From NCBI GenBank assembly GCA_019745565.1, contig JAIESW010000002.1:62799-126798 (forward strand): a stretch of DNA of 64,000 nt, given 5' to 3'. Below, piece by piece: positions 8,060 to 19,615 of the stretch. Both the position numbers and the translations under genes were made by a program. The DNA is from Burkholderiales bacterium (GTDB lineage: Bacteria; Pseudomonadota; Gammaproteobacteria; Burkholderiales; Ga0077523). The notes beneath the pieces were generated by a model. The model ran no database searches and had not been told where the DNA came from. It was given only the letters and a program-made list of their open reading frames with translations. Within the stretch, counting starts at the first letter, position 1. Every line of letters begins with the position of its first letter.

Positions 8060-8919
8060 TTGTCCGGCAGAGGAATGAACTCGGTCTCGCCGGGTACTGG
8101 CGCGAATTCGCCGTTCTTCCAGCGGGCCTTCGCGCGCTCGATGCTGTCGCGGTCGGATGCCACGAAGTTCCACCAGATGTGCCGGTCGCCATCCATCGGG
8201 TCCCCGCCCAGAAGCATGACCTTGGCGTCCGAACGTGCTTCGATCTTCACCGGCGTGCCGGGATCGAAGTACGCCATGGTGGCCTCCGGCAACGCTTGGC
8301 CGTCGATCAAGACGTCGCCGCTCGCGGCGTACGCCGCCCGTTCGGCATGTTCCGCGTCCAGCGTGAAGGTCGCGCCGGCGGCCAGTTCCACTGCGGCATA
8401 GAACATCGGTGAATACGTGGTCGCCGGCGACTTCAGTCCGAAGCCGCGACCGGCGATGAGCCGCAGCGTCATGCCGGGCTTGTTCAGCGTCGGCAGCGCC
8501 GTCACCTGATGGTGTTCGAAACGGGGAGCGACGTCCTCATGCTTGCGGGGCAGCGCGACCCAGGTCTGGATGCCGTGGATGCGCGAGCCGCTCGAACGCA
8601 GGTCCGGCGGCGTGCGCTCGGAATGCACGATGCCGCTGCCGGCCGTCATCCAGTTCACGTCGCCCGGCTCGATGCGCTGAACCATGCCGAGGCTGTCGCG
8701 GTGCATGAACGCGCCCTCGAACAGATAGGTGACCGTGGCGAGTCCGATGTGCGGATGGGGCCGGACGTCGATGCCGGTCCCGGGGGCGAAGGCGGCCGGG
8801 CCGACATGATCGAAGAAGATGAACGGGCCCACCAGCTTCTTCGGGTGGCCCGGCAGGATCCGGCGGACGGCGAAGTCGCCGAGGTCGCGGATGTGGGGTT
8901 TCAGCAGGATCGAGGGCAT
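8056..8919 (-). CDS. Pirin-family cupin protein.
   Basis: The cupin metal site RPHPHIGLATVTYLFEG...HRDSLG and a 287-aa length typical of pirins. Confidence 0.85.
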   Translation of the reverse strand: MPSILLKPHIRDLGDFAVRRILPGHPKKLVGPFIFFDHVGPAAFAPGTGIDVRPHPHIGLATVTYLFEGAFMHRDSLGMVQRIEPGDVNWMTAGSGIVHSERTPPDLRSSGSRIHGIQTWVALPRKHEDVAPRFEHHQVTALPTLNKPGMTLRLIAGRGFGLKSPATTYSPMFYAAVELAAGATFTLDAEHAERAAYAASGDVLIDGQALPEATMAYFDPGTPVKIEARSDAKVMLLGGDPMDGDRHIWWNFVASDRDSIERAKARWKNGEFAPVPGETEFIPLPDK

Positions 8920-8943
8920 TGGCCATTATCGCTCGGCGAGCGC

Positions 8944-9137
8944 TTGCCCCCATCCCAACCTTCCCCGGCTGTGCCAAGGGAAGGAGTGCCTGTGGGTAAC
9001 GACGCTGCTCGCAGATAGATTCCCTCCCCCACGCTGCGCGTGGGGGAGGGCCAGGGTGGGGGCATGCGGCGTCGAACTGTGCGACATGGTTTGCCCCATT
9101 CCAACCTTCCCCCGGCATAGCCGAGAGAAGGAGTGCC
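8944..9137. repeat. Composite G/C-rich REP-like repeat cluster: two ~47-bp direct copies flanking a hairpin.
   Basis: Copy 1 at 8944-8990 (ttgcccccatcccaaccttccccggctgtgccaagggaaggagtgcc) and copy 2 at 9091-9137 (ttgccccattccaaccttcccccggcatagccgagagaaggagtgcc). The hairpin is ccctccccc-N10-gggggaggg at 9023-9050. The cluster is intergenic, between pirin and glnS. Confidence 0.85.
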
Positions 9138-9142
9138 GGAAG

Positions 9143-10909
<1,767 letters not shown>

Positions 10910-10965
10910 CGGCGGGCTTTCGGCGGAGGCGAAAGCCGGGATTTTACGGGGTCCGACCGCTGCGG

Positions 10966-12948
10966 TCAGGCCCCGGCCGGAATGGTCGCGAAGCGGTAGA
11001 CGCCGCGGCCGGCCTTCTTGGCCAAGTACATGGAGGCTTCGGCGCGCTTCAGCATCGCGTCCACCTCGGTGCCGTCATCGCCGTACACCGCGATGCCGAT
11101 GCTCGCGCTGATCTGCACGCTCTGGTTCGCGGTCACGCGGATCGGCTCGTTCAGGATGCTCAGAACCTTCTCCGCGACGCGCGCCGCTTCGCACGGGATC
11201 GCGAGATCGTTCACCAGCACGACGAATTCGTCGCCGCCGAGGCGCGCAATGGTGTCCATCTCGCGCAGACGGGTCTGCAGGATCTTGGCGAAACTCACCA
11301 GCAGATCGTCGCCGACGTCGTGGCCGTGCTCCTCGTTGACCTCCTTGAAGTTGTCGAGGTCGATCACGAGCAGCGCCACGTTGGTCTCGTTGCGCCTGGC
11401 GGCGGACACGGCCATGTTGAAGCGGTCCTTGAGCAGCGTGCGGTTCGGCAGGCCGGTCAGGGCATCGTGATAGGCGAGACGCCGTAGCAGTTCCTCGGCG
11501 CGCTTGCGCTCGAAGATCTCCGCTTCGAGAGTTCGGTTGACGCGCGCTAGTTCCTGCACGCGTTCGGCGACCATGGATTCCAGATCGTGTTCCGCCAGGC
11601 GGGAAGCCTCGAGCGCCTGTTCCTTGACCTGCAGTGCCGACTCCTTGGCCTGCAGCGCACCCTGCTGGGCGGCTTCCTTCTCCTCACGCATGGTGTGGAT
11701 ACGCTGCGCCAGTGCCTGCGACAGCAGCAACGCTTCGACCAGTGAACCGACCTGCACGCCATAGATGGTGAAGAAGTTGCCCGGCAGGATCTCGAGCCCA
11801 CGCAGCGCGAAGGCGATCAGACCGGCGATCAGCGCAGCCCACGCGAGCAGGAAGACGCGCGCCGGCCGGTAGCCGCGGCGGATCGCATGGATGGAGTTGA
11901 CGATCAGGTTGACGGACCCCGCGATCGCGAGGAACGGGAAGCACCGAGCGCTCACCCAGTAAGGCATGGGCGAGACGGTGGCTGCAGCGAGCAGCAGGCT
12001 CACGCCGATGACCGCCATGGCGACCATGTCGTAACGTCGACCGTGCTCCCACACACGCAGGAAGCTGCGGCCGAACAGCGCACCGGTCGCGATGGTGAGG
12101 AAGCCGAAGAACATCGGTGCCCGGTTGTTCCAGGCCTGCGCTTCGGGCCAGAAATACTGATAGGCGAGACCGTTGTAGCAGGAGTACGCCATGGCGGTCA
12201 TCGCCACGAAGGCCACGTAGTACAGGTAGCTGCAATTGCGCAGCGTGAACCAGAGCAGCAGGTTGAACGCGCCCAGCGCCATCAGTGCCCCGAAGAACAG
12301 CGCGAGCTGGAAGGATTCGCTCCAGCGTGCGTTCTCCAGGCCCGAGCGCGAGAGCAGCCGCAGCGGGACCGTCACCGCGCTCTCCGACCGCACGCGCAGA
12401 TAGATGGTCTGCACCGAGTTCTGCGGCAGGTCCAGTGCGAAGAGATAGTTGTGCGACCGGATCTCGCGGGCGGCGTAGGGGAGCAGATCGCCGCCTTTGC
12501 GCATCCGGTAGTGCATGGCGCCATCGGTATCGTGCATCGGCGCGTAGACCTCGATGACATCGAGGGGCGGATAGTCGATCTCGAGGGTCCAGGCGCGGTC
12601 GGGCCCGGGCGGCGACTGCACCGTGAAGCGCAGCCAGACCCAGTTGCGGGTGAATCCGAAATTCGGGTACCGGCCTTCGACGCGTGCGAACCGCGTCGCC
12701 ACCGCCGGCGCCATGACGTCATCGAGGGTGAGGGTGCCCTCGGGATCGTGCAGATAGAAGACCTTGGCGCCGAGTTCGTCGATCTTCGTCACCGAGTTCG
12801 GCAGATCGATGGCGTCGCCGTCCGCCCAGGCCGGCCCGGCGAGCGCGAGCACCGCCATTGCGGACGCAAGTGCGCGGAAGAACGAGGCTGTCAGTCGGGC
12901 GGCAGCGCCGCGGGAGGCGGGCACGGAAGGCAGGGAAAGCATGAGCAT
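10966..12948 (-). CDS. Diguanylate cyclase with an N-terminal 7TMR-DISM extracellular and 7-TM sensor domain, a coiled coil and a GGDEF domain.
   Basis: GGDEF motif [10 protein letters not shown], a periplasmic domain followed by seven hydrophobic segments. I chose the start MLMLSLP at 12948, ahead of the signal-like [11 protein letters not shown]. Confidence 0.85.
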   Translation of the reverse strand: MLMLSLPSVPASRGAAARLTASFFRALASAMAVLALAGPAWADGDAIDLPNSVTKIDELGAKVFYLHDPEGTLTLDDVMAPAVATRFARVEGRYPNFGFTRNWVWLRFTVQSPPGPDRAWTLEIDYPPLDVIEVYAPMHDTDGAMHYRMRKGGDLLPYAAREIRSHNYLFALDLPQNSVQTIYLRVRSESAVTVPLRLLSRSGLENARWSESFQLALFFGALMALGAFNLLLWFTLRNCSYLYYVAFVAMTAMAYSCYNGLAYQYFWPEAQAWNNRAPMFFGFLTIATGALFGRSFLRVWEHGRRYDMVAMAVIGVSLLLAAATVSPMPYWVSARCFPFLAIAGSVNLIVNSIHAIRRGYRPARVFLLAWAALIAGLIAFALRGLEILPGNFFTIYGVQVGSLVEALLLSQALAQRIHTMREEKEAAQQGALQAKESALQVKEQALEASRLAEHDLESMVAERVQELARVNRTLEAEIFERKRAEELLRRLAYHDALTGLPNRTLLKDRFNMAVSAARRNETNVALLVIDLDNFKEVNEEHGHDVGDDLLVSFAKILQTRLREMDTIARLGGDEFVVLVNDLAIPCEAARVAEKVLSILNEPIRVTANQSVQISASIGIAVYGDDGTEVDAMLKRAEASMYLAKKAGRGVYRFATIPAGA

Positions 12949-13271
12949 TCGGTGACCTAAGCAAACCGCCTGCCCGCCGTTCGGATCAGGTTTTTCCCCT
13001 CGGGAAACCCGCCGGTACCGAGGCTCTTGCCGGGGCACGGCAGGGAGCGCCGCTTTGCGTCCCGGGTGAGCAGAGGCGGCGCGAAAGCCCGCCTTCAGCG
13101 CATCAGACCCTGATTTCACGTTTTTTTTACGGGACTTGCCACGGCCGATTGACGCTGTCCGGCGAAGCTTCTCCCCGCCGCAAGCCGAACGGGCAAGCCC
13201 AAGCATCCCGCGAGCCCCGGCGGCCGTGGAAATTCAATCGAATCAATCATCAACCTCTCTTGGAGAACATC

Positions 13272-13625
13272 ATGAACAAGCAATTCCCTGCCCTCAGTAC
13301 CGTCGCTCTCGCCGCCGCTTTCGCGACTCTCACCCTGTCCGCTCCGGCCCATGCCGGTCGCATGTTCGACCTGGTCAAGCCCGCGGCGGCCGACGCCGCC
13401 TCCATCTCCCGCGGCAACAGCTCGCCCCGCGCCCATGTTTCGACCTGGCACGCCGAGGCCGTCGCGCAGTCGCGCACCGGCATCGTCAAGTCCGGCCAGT
13501 TCGCTCAGCGCGAAGCGCGTTGCGACGTGCGTGACGTGTGCTCGTCCGGCGCGGTCGGTGCGATTGCGACCCAGCCGCAACCGTCGGTGCAGGCCCAGGG
13601 CGAAGCGCTCACCACGATCCGCTGA
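13272..13625 (+). CDS. Hypothetical small secreted protein (117 aa).
   Basis: GGAGA RBS at 13262-13266 and an ATG at 13272. The signal peptide reads MNKQFPALSTVALAAAFATLTLSAPAHA. Confidence 0.55.
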   Translation: MNKQFPALSTVALAAAFATLTLSAPAHAGRMFDLVKPAAADAASISRGNSSPRAHVSTWHAEAVAQSRTGIVKSGQFAQREARCDVRDVCSSGAVGAIATQPQPSVQAQGEALTTIR

Positions 13626-13651
13626 GGCGGTTCTTGCAGCGCCGCAGGAAA

Positions 13652-13688
13652 GCGGGCATCCCCGTCGTCACTCGATGCGGATGCCCGC
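13652..13688. terminator. Perfect 10-bp inverted repeat between convergent genes; possibly a bidirectional terminator hairpin.
   Basis: GCGGGCATCC (13652-13661) pairs with GGATGCCCGC (13679-13688). It overlaps the stop of the Bug gene. No U-tract follows. Confidence 0.35.
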
Positions 13689-14642
13689 GTCCCGCACCAG
13701 GGTGCCCCACTTGGTCATCTGCGATTGCAGGTGCAGGGCGAACTGCTGCTGACTGCCGCCGATGGCCTCGACGCCCTGCAGGCGAAAGGTCGACTGCACG
13801 TCCGGCAGCAGCAGGATGCGGTTCACCTCCGCGTTGATGCGTTCCACGATCGCAGGCGGCGTGCGCGCCGGTGCGACCAGGCCGAACCACACGCTCACCT
13901 CGAAATCCTTCAGACCCGATTCCGCCACGGTGGGCAGCTCGGGCAGCAGCGCGAAACGCCGCGGCGTCGTCACCGCCAGGGCGCGCAGCTTGCCGGCCTT
14001 CACTTGCGACAGTACGTTGGGCGTGTTGTCGAACATCGCCTGTACGCGGCCACCCACCAGATCGAGCACCGCGGGCGCGCTGCCCTTGTACGGGACGTGC
14101 ACGAGGTCGATCCCGGCTCGTGCCTTGAGCAGTTCCATCGACAGATGGTTCGACGAGCCGATGCCGGCCGAGCCGTAGACGAGCTCGCCGGGCCTCGACT
14201 TCGCCAGGGCGACCAAGTCCTTCACCGATTTCACCGGCACGTCGTTGCCCACGACGAGCAGGTTCGGTGTGGCGGCGCACAGGATCACCGGCGTGAAATC
14301 GCGCACCGTGTCGTAGGGCAGCTTTCCGTAGAGCCCGGGGTTCACCGCGAACGCGAAGCTCGTCACCAGCAGCGTATAGCCGTCGGGCGCCGCCTTCGCC
14401 ACGGCGTGCGTGCCGAGCTGCGAACCGCCGCCAGGCCGGTTCTCCACCACCACCGACTGGCCCCAGGACTCGTGCAGTTTCTGCGCGAGGATGCGGCCGA
14501 GCTGGTCGTTAAAGGCGCCCGGCGGAAACGGCACCACCAGGCGGATCGCCCGGGAGGGATAGCCGTCGGTCTGCGCGAACGCGGACCCGATGCACAGCAA
14601 GAACGCCAGGAGGCAGCCGAAGGCCCGATGCGCCTCAGACAT
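13668..14642 (-). CDS. Tripartite tricarboxylate transporter substrate-binding protein (Bug/TctC family).
   Basis: The 324-aa length, a signal peptide and family-typical segments (YPSRAIRLVVPFPPGAFND, ENRPGGG, VPYKGSAPA). Confidence 0.85.
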   Translation of the reverse strand: MSEAHRAFGCLLAFLLCIGSAFAQTDGYPSRAIRLVVPFPPGAFNDQLGRILAQKLHESWGQSVVVENRPGGGSQLGTHAVAKAAPDGYTLLVTSFAFAVNPGLYGKLPYDTVRDFTPVILCAATPNLLVVGNDVPVKSVKDLVALAKSRPGELVYGSAGIGSSNHLSMELLKARAGIDLVHVPYKGSAPAVLDLVGGRVQAMFDNTPNVLSQVKAGKLRALAVTTPRRFALLPELPTVAESGLKDFEVSVWFGLVAPARTPPAIVERINAEVNRILLLPDVQSTFRLQGVEAIGGSQQQFALHLQSQMTKWGTLVRDAGIRIE

Positions 14643-15777
14643 ACGCAGGGCCGTCGATCAGCGGATGGGCCGCGAGGAACTTCTCGTCCACTTCCACGCC
14701 GATGCCCGGCGCCTCGAGCGGGAACACCATGCCCTTTGCGTCCACCTTGTAGGGCGTGCTGACGAGCTGGTCGCGGAACAGGTTGTTCTTCGACACGTCG
14801 GCTTCGAAATAGCCGCCGTTGTCGATCGCACAGAGAAAATGCACCGTCGCCGCCATGTTGAGCCCGGTCATCGACGTGTGCGGATTGATCGGCAGCTTGT
14901 GGGCCGCGGCCATGTGCGCGATACGCAGCACCTCGGTGATGCCGCCGGACTTCGAGAGATCCGGCTGCAGGATCGTGACCGAGCGCGCGTCGATCAGCGG
15001 CTGGAATTCGAAGCGTGTGTAGTGGTTCTCCCCAGCCGCAAGCGGCGTGCGGCCCAGCGTGGCGGCGATGCGGTAGCTGTTGGCATCGTGCGCGGCGAAC
15101 GGTTCCTCGAGCCAGCCGACGCCGAGAGCGTCGTAGTGCGGCATCGCGGCGCGCACGGCGGCCACGTCGTAGCCGGTGTTGGCATCGGTCAGGATCACCA
15201 GGTCGCCGCCGAAGGCTTTGCGGACGGCCGCGACTCTTTCGACGTCGCGCTGCACGCTGTCGCCCACCCGCAGCTTCACGGCGCGATAGCCATGTTCCAC
15301 GTGCACGCGCGCTTCCTCGACCAGCGCTTCCGGCGCCTGATAGCCGAGCGAGACGCCGCCGGCATACGCGGGGATCGGGCGGCTCGCGCCGCCCAGCAGC
15401 CGGCAGAGCGGCACGCCGAGCGACTTGCCGCGCAGGTCCCACAGCGCCATGTCGATGCCGGAGAGGCCGATGGAAGCAGCGGCGCCCATGCCATGACTCG
15501 CGAGCTGCTTGTCGTACACACGCTTCCACACGCCCACCGTGTCGAAGGCGTCCATCCCGATGACGAGCTGGCGCAGCGTGGTCTCGATCAGCTTCGCAAC
15601 CGCACCCGGGGCACGGCCGTGGTGGGCCTCGCCCCAGCCGACGATGCCGTCTTCGCTGCGGATCTTCACGATGACCGCGTCGCGCTTGACCGCACGCCCC
15701 ACGCCCAGGGTGACGCTGTCTTCGGGACGGACCGGAAACGACACCGGAATGGCCTGGACTTCCACGATGCGCGACAT
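14635..15777 (-). CDS. Enolase-superfamily enzyme (mandelate racemase/muconate lactonizing family dehydratase or cycloisomerase).
   Basis: KLRVG, DANTGY, WLEEP and AAGE metal/catalytic segments. It overlaps the downstream Bug gene by 8 nt. Confidence 0.85.
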   Translation of the reverse strand: MSRIVEVQAIPVSFPVRPEDSVTLGVGRAVKRDAVIVKIRSEDGIVGWGEAHHGRAPGAVAKLIETTLRQLVIGMDAFDTVGVWKRVYDKQLASHGMGAAASIGLSGIDMALWDLRGKSLGVPLCRLLGGASRPIPAYAGGVSLGYQAPEALVEEARVHVEHGYRAVKLRVGDSVQRDVERVAAVRKAFGGDLVILTDANTGYDVAAVRAAMPHYDALGVGWLEEPFAAHDANSYRIAATLGRTPLAAGENHYTRFEFQPLIDARSVTILQPDLSKSGGITEVLRIAHMAAAHKLPINPHTSMTGLNMAATVHFLCAIDNGGYFEADVSKNNLFRDQLVSTPYKVDAKGMVFPLEAPGIGVEVDEKFLAAHPLIDGPAYV

Positions 15778-16005
15778 GGCGAACCTCGGGTTTCTGGGAA
15801 TCGGATCGGCGGCGCCGGCGAGACTACCTCGTTTCGCGCGCGAGTTGCGCGCCTACCAATTGCGGCATGGCACAAAACAACCGCGGCGGGAGATCGGAAC
15901 CCACTGGCGAACAAGACTTTTTTCCACCACGGCGGCGCCGGCTGCCGGACTCCCGGCGGGCGTATCGCGTCACATCGCGCGACCCCGCTCCAGCGCGGAA
16001 ATCCG

Positions 16006-16021
16006 TGGCATATGGCTTGCT
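16006..16021 (+). promoter_or_regulatory. Candidate sigma54 (-24/-12) promoter upstream of pilG.
   Basis: The sequence TGGCATatggcTTGCT has GG and GC separated by 10 nt and one mismatch to TGGCAC-N5-TTGCW. It lies about 160 nt upstream of the pilG ATG. Confidence 0.45.
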
Positions 16022-16182
16022 TTTACCCCTACGAATCAAGCTGGCTCGTCGCACTGTCGCCTCTCGAGGCCATCTGCACGGAAAGCTGCCCCGAACGACA
16101 TGCGCGGCAACGCGCGAACCGCAATGACCAACCCCGATCCGCACGGCGCGCTCCGCATCACGATGGCTGCTGGAGTCCGTTC

Positions 16183-16572
16183 ATGACCGCGAACAGCCTG
16201 AACGGCATCAAGGTCGTGGTGGTAGACGACAGCAACACCATCCGCCGCAGTGCCGAGGTGTTCCTGAAGCAGGCCGGCTGCGTGGTTGCGCTTGCCGAGG
16301 ACGGCTTCAGCGCCATGTCGGTCATCGTCGAACAGAAGCCCGACATCGTGTTCGTCGACGTGATGATGCCGCGCCTCGACGGTTATCAGGCCTGTGCGCT
16401 CATCAAGCGCAACGATGCCTTCCGCGGCACGCCCGTGATCATGCTGACCAGCAAGGACGGCGTGTTCGATCGCGCGCGCGGGCGGCTTGCCGGCTGCGAC
16501 GACTACCTCACCAAACCTTTCACGCGCGAAAGCCTGCTGGGCGCCGTCGCCTCGCACGCACGCCGCGCCTGA
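16183..16572 (+). CDS. pilG: CheY-like response regulator of the Pil-Chp system.
   Basis: Receiver motifs VVVVDDS, VFVDVMMPRLDG, MLTSK and YLTKPF. It is the first gene of the pilGHIJ-chpA order. The internal ATG at 16183 was chosen over the 660-aa artefactual extension. Confidence 0.85.
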   Translation: MTANSLNGIKVVVVDDSNTIRRSAEVFLKQAGCVVALAEDGFSAMSVIVEQKPDIVFVDVMMPRLDGYQACALIKRNDAFRGTPVIMLTSKDGVFDRARGRLAGCDDYLTKPFTRESLLGAVASHARRA

Positions 16573-16604
16573 AGCCGCACGCATTCATCGCAAGGAGGAC
16601 GAAC

Positions 16605-16970
16605 ATGGCGATCGAAACCGTTCTGGTGGTGGACGACTCCCCCACGGATCTCGAGTACCTGAGCACGCTGCTGGCCGGGAAGGGCTATCAGGTGCTGCGC
16701 GCAGCGAGCGCGGAGGAATCCATGGAGCAGGCCAAGACCCACGATCCGGACCTGATCCTGATGGACGTGATCATGCCCGGCATGAACGGCTTCGAGGCGA
16801 CCCGCAAGCTCACCAAGGATGCCGCGACCCGGCACATCCCCGTGATCCTCTGCAGCAACAAGACGCAGGAAACCGATCGCGTGTGGGGCATGCGGCAGGG
16901 TGCGCGCGACTACGTGACCAAGCCGATCAACGAGGCCGAGCTGCTCTTGAAGATCAGCGCACTCGGTTAG
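16605..16970 (+). CDS. pilH: CheY-like response regulator.
   Basis: VLVVDDSPTD, LILMDVIMPGMNG, LCSNK and YVTKP. Length is 121 aa. Confidence 0.85.
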   Translation: MAIETVLVVDDSPTDLEYLSTLLAGKGYQVLRAASAEESMEQAKTHDPDLILMDVIMPGMNGFEATRKLTKDAATRHIPVILCSNKTQETDRVWGMRQGARDYVTKPINEAELLLKISALG

Positions 16971-16991
16971 AGCGCCGGAACGTCCTCCGTC

Positions 16992-17474
16992 ATGCGCGCG
17001 CGCCGCGATCTCGTCGGTTTTCAGCGCCGGCTCGTGGAGCGGCTGGATGCGGCCGCCTCGCGGCGGATCGAGCACGCTCATCTCGCGCTGGAAAGTGGCG
17101 GCGAGGGCTGGTTGGTTGAGCTCGCGGATGCCCGCGAACTGATTCCGGTGCCGCCGCTCACGGAAGTGCCGACGGCCCAACCGTGGTTCCGGGGCGTGAC
17201 CGGCGTCCGCGGCGAACTGGTAGGCGTCGTCGACTATGCCGTCTATCGCGGCCAAGAGGCGACACCGCTGCGGCTGGAGAGCCGCATCCTGATTCCGCAC
17301 GGACGCTTCGGCATCAACTGCGCGCTGCTGTTCGCGCGCTCGCTGGGCCTCAAGGATGCGCGCAACTACGGGCGCGACGCCGAAGACCTGATCGACGACG
17401 AGGGCCGTCGCTGGCACATGCTGCCGACGGCGGCACTGCTGTCGGAAGCGCGCTTTATCGACATCGCTGCCTGA
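16992..17474 (+). CDS. pilI: CheW-like coupling protein.
   Basis: The CheW-like segment [18 protein letters not shown] and its position between pilH and pilJ. Confidence 0.75.
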   Translation: MRARRDLVGFQRRLVERLDAAASRRIEHAHLALESGGEGWLVELADARELIPVPPLTEVPTAQPWFRGVTGVRGELVGVVDYAVYRGQEATPLRLESRILIPHGRFGINCALLFARSLGLKDARNYGRDAEDLIDDEGRRWHMLPTAALLSEARFIDIAA

Positions 17475-17491
17475 CCGGACGCGAACCTCCC

Positions 17492-19615
17492 ATGACCGCG
17501 CTTCCCGCTTTCCTGTCACGGTCGGCCAGGCAGCTCTCAGGAGTGCTCGAGCGGCTCACGCTGAAGCGCGTGTTCTTCGTCTCGGGCGTGATGTTCGTGG
17601 CACCCATCGCACTGCTCTTCTACTTCTCGGTCTCCGAGACCATCGAGCGGGTGCGGCACACCGACCGCGAGATCGCGGCGCTCGACCTGCTGGCACCGCT
17701 CATCAAGCTGGAAGAGGCGCTGCAGCGCCACCGCGGCGAACGCAACGTGCTGCTGTCCGGGGATTTCACGTTGATGGACAAGGTGAAGGCCACCGAGATC
17801 ACCGTCGATGCACTGATCCGGAGTTACGAGGAACAGCTGAAGGCGCGGCTGCCGGAAGTCGGCGAAGGCGACGGGGTGCTGAACGCCCGCGGCCGTTTCG
17901 AGCGCATCAAGCGCGACTGGGCGACCAACAAGACCGAAGGCATGGGCATGCTGGTGGGCGATTCCTTCCAGCTCGCCACGCGCATCATCAACGACGTCGC
18001 GGCGCTCGCTCGCGACCTGCAGCAGGTGTCGGGCCTGTCGCTCGACTCCGAGCCCGGCCCTTACTATCTGCAGAACGCCTTGTTCGCCTTCTTCCCCGAG
18101 CTGATGGAAGCGTTCGCGGCGACGCGCGACCGTGGCGCCGGCTTTGCGGCCCGCAAGAACATCACGCCCGAAGAGCGCGCCGAACTCGCCGTGCTGGTGC
18201 AGGGCAACGCGACGCTGCTGGCGCGGAACTTCGTCGAGAACGTCTCGCGCGCCAGCGTGGAGGATGAGCGCATCAAGGAGCAGCTGGGCGAACGCATCGA
18301 GACGGTCGAGAAACTGGTGCCGGAGATGCTGCGCTATACGCGCGACGAACTGCTCGCCCGCACCTACATCTCGATCAATGGTGCTGCGTGGATCGACCAG
18401 ACCACCAAGTCCATCGACAGCCTCTACGGGTTCATGTACCAGGGCACCAATGCGTTGCGCGCGGTGCTCGACGATCGTCGCGCCGGCCTGCAGCGGATCA
18501 TGATCGTGAAGTTCGGCGTGATCGCGCTGCTGGTGGCGGCGGCTCTGGCGACGCTGTTCTCGCTGGGCCGGCTGCAGATCCGGCGCGAGCGCAGTCGCGC
18601 CGAGGAGGCCGAGCGCATCAACCGCGAGAACCAGGAATCGATCCTGGATCTGCTGGATCAGCTCGCGAACGTCGCCGACGGCGATCTCACCGTACGCGCG
18701 GCCGTGACCGAGCGGATCACCGGCGCCATCGCGGACTCCGTGAACAACACGGTGGAGGAGCTGCGCAACCTCGTGGGCCGCATCAACGATACCGCGAGCC
18801 GCGTGGACGACCACAGCAAGCGGGCGAGCGAAGTGTCGAGGCGCCTGCTCGATGCGGCGGGCACGCAGGCCATGGAGATCCAGCAGACCAACGCCGCGTT
18901 CGTGGACGTGGCGCGCGCGATGCAGGCTGTGTCGGAAGACGCCTCGAAGTCTGCGGACGTCGCCCGGCATTCGCTCGAAGCCTCCGAGCGCGGCGCCCAC
19001 ACGGTGCAGGAGTCCATCGCCGGCATGAACCAGATCCGCGGACAGATCCAGGAGACGGCGAAGCGCATCAAGCGGCTGGGCGAGAGCTCCCAGGAGATCT
19101 CCGAGATCGTGGAACTCATCTCCGAGATCACCGAGCAGACCAACGTGCTCGCCTTGAATGCCGCAATCCAGGCGGCCGCGGCGGGTGAAGCGGGTCGCGG
19201 CTTCAGCGTGGTGGCGGAGGAAGTGCAGCGCCTGGCCGAACGTTCGGGCGAGGCGACCCGGCAGATCGCCGCCATCGTGAAGGCGATCCAGGCCGACACG
19301 CAGGAAGCGGTGTACGCCATGGAGCGCAGTACCCAAGGTGTCGTCGAAGGCGCGAAAGCCTCGGATGCCGCCGGTCGTGCGCTGTCCGACATCGGCGCGG
19401 TCTCGAAGGATCTGGCGGAACTGATCGAAGGCATTGCGGCTACCACGCGCGCCCAGGCTGAAGCCGTGGATCGTGCATCGCGCAGCATGAGCGACATCCT
19501 CGACATCACGCGCCTTACTACCGAGGGTACGCAGCAGACGGCGGAGACGGTCTCGGAACTCGCCGAGTCGGCCGAAGTGCTGAAGGCTTCGGTGTCGGGC
19601 TTCAAGATCGCGTGA
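17492..19615 (+). CDS. pilJ: Methyl-accepting chemotaxis protein of the Pil-Chp system.
   Basis: Signalling hairpin [38 protein letters not shown]. There is an N-terminal TM segment, a periplasmic domain and a second TM segment. The ATG at 17492 was chosen as the start. Confidence 0.9.
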   Translation: MTALPAFLSRSARQLSGVLERLTLKRVFFVSGVMFVAPIALLFYFSVSETIERVRHTDREIAALDLLAPLIKLEEALQRHRGERNVLLSGDFTLMDKVKATEITVDALIRSYEEQLKARLPEVGEGDGVLNARGRFERIKRDWATNKTEGMGMLVGDSFQLATRIINDVAALARDLQQVSGLSLDSEPGPYYLQNALFAFFPELMEAFAATRDRGAGFAARKNITPEERAELAVLVQGNATLLARNFVENVSRASVEDERIKEQLGERIETVEKLVPEMLRYTRDELLARTYISINGAAWIDQTTKSIDSLYGFMYQGTNALRAVLDDRRAGLQRIMIVKFGVIALLVAAALATLFSLGRLQIRRERSRAEEAERINRENQESILDLLDQLANVADGDLTVRAAVTERITGAIADSVNNTVEELRNLVGRINDTASRVDDHSKRASEVSRRLLDAAGTQAMEIQQTNAAFVDVARAMQAVSEDASKSADVARHSLEASERGAHTVQESIAGMNQIRGQIQETAKRIKRLGESSQEISEIVELISEITEQTNVLALNAAIQAAAAGEAGRGFSVVAEEVQRLAERSGEATRQIAAIVKAIQADTQEAVYAMERSTQGVVEGAKASDAAGRALSDIGAVSKDLAELIEGIAATTRAQAEAVDRASRSMSDILDITRLTTEGTQQTAETVSELAESAEVLKASVSGFKIA

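Noticed and set aside
8944-9137. Possible CRISPR array suggested by the repeated G/C-rich units.
   Set aside because: There are only two direct copies plus an unrelated hairpin. The spacing is irregular, no cas genes are present, and the same modules occur singly elsewhere. I interpret it as a REP-like element.
13090-13135. Small hairpin ATCAG-acc-CTGAT followed by a T8 run, resembling a rho-independent terminator.
   Set aside because: No plus-strand gene ends upstream of it. It lies in the divergent promoter region between the GGDEF gene and the small secreted-protein gene, and the stem is only 5 bp.
12949-13206. 86-codon upstream extension of the GGDEF gene. Similar extensions exist at 42312-42740, 43399-43608, 55735-56178 and 56747-58405.
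   Set aside because: The extensions are Arg/Pro/Gly-rich and run into neighbouring genes or intergenic DNA. Internal starts give proper signal peptides, lipoboxes or domain N-termini, and often canonical ATGA/GTGA overlaps.
14590-16182. Long N-terminal extension of the pilG ORF (660 aa in the track).
   Set aside because: The extension runs antisense through the enolase-superfamily gene and the 400-bp intergenic region. The receiver domain begins at the ATG at 16183.
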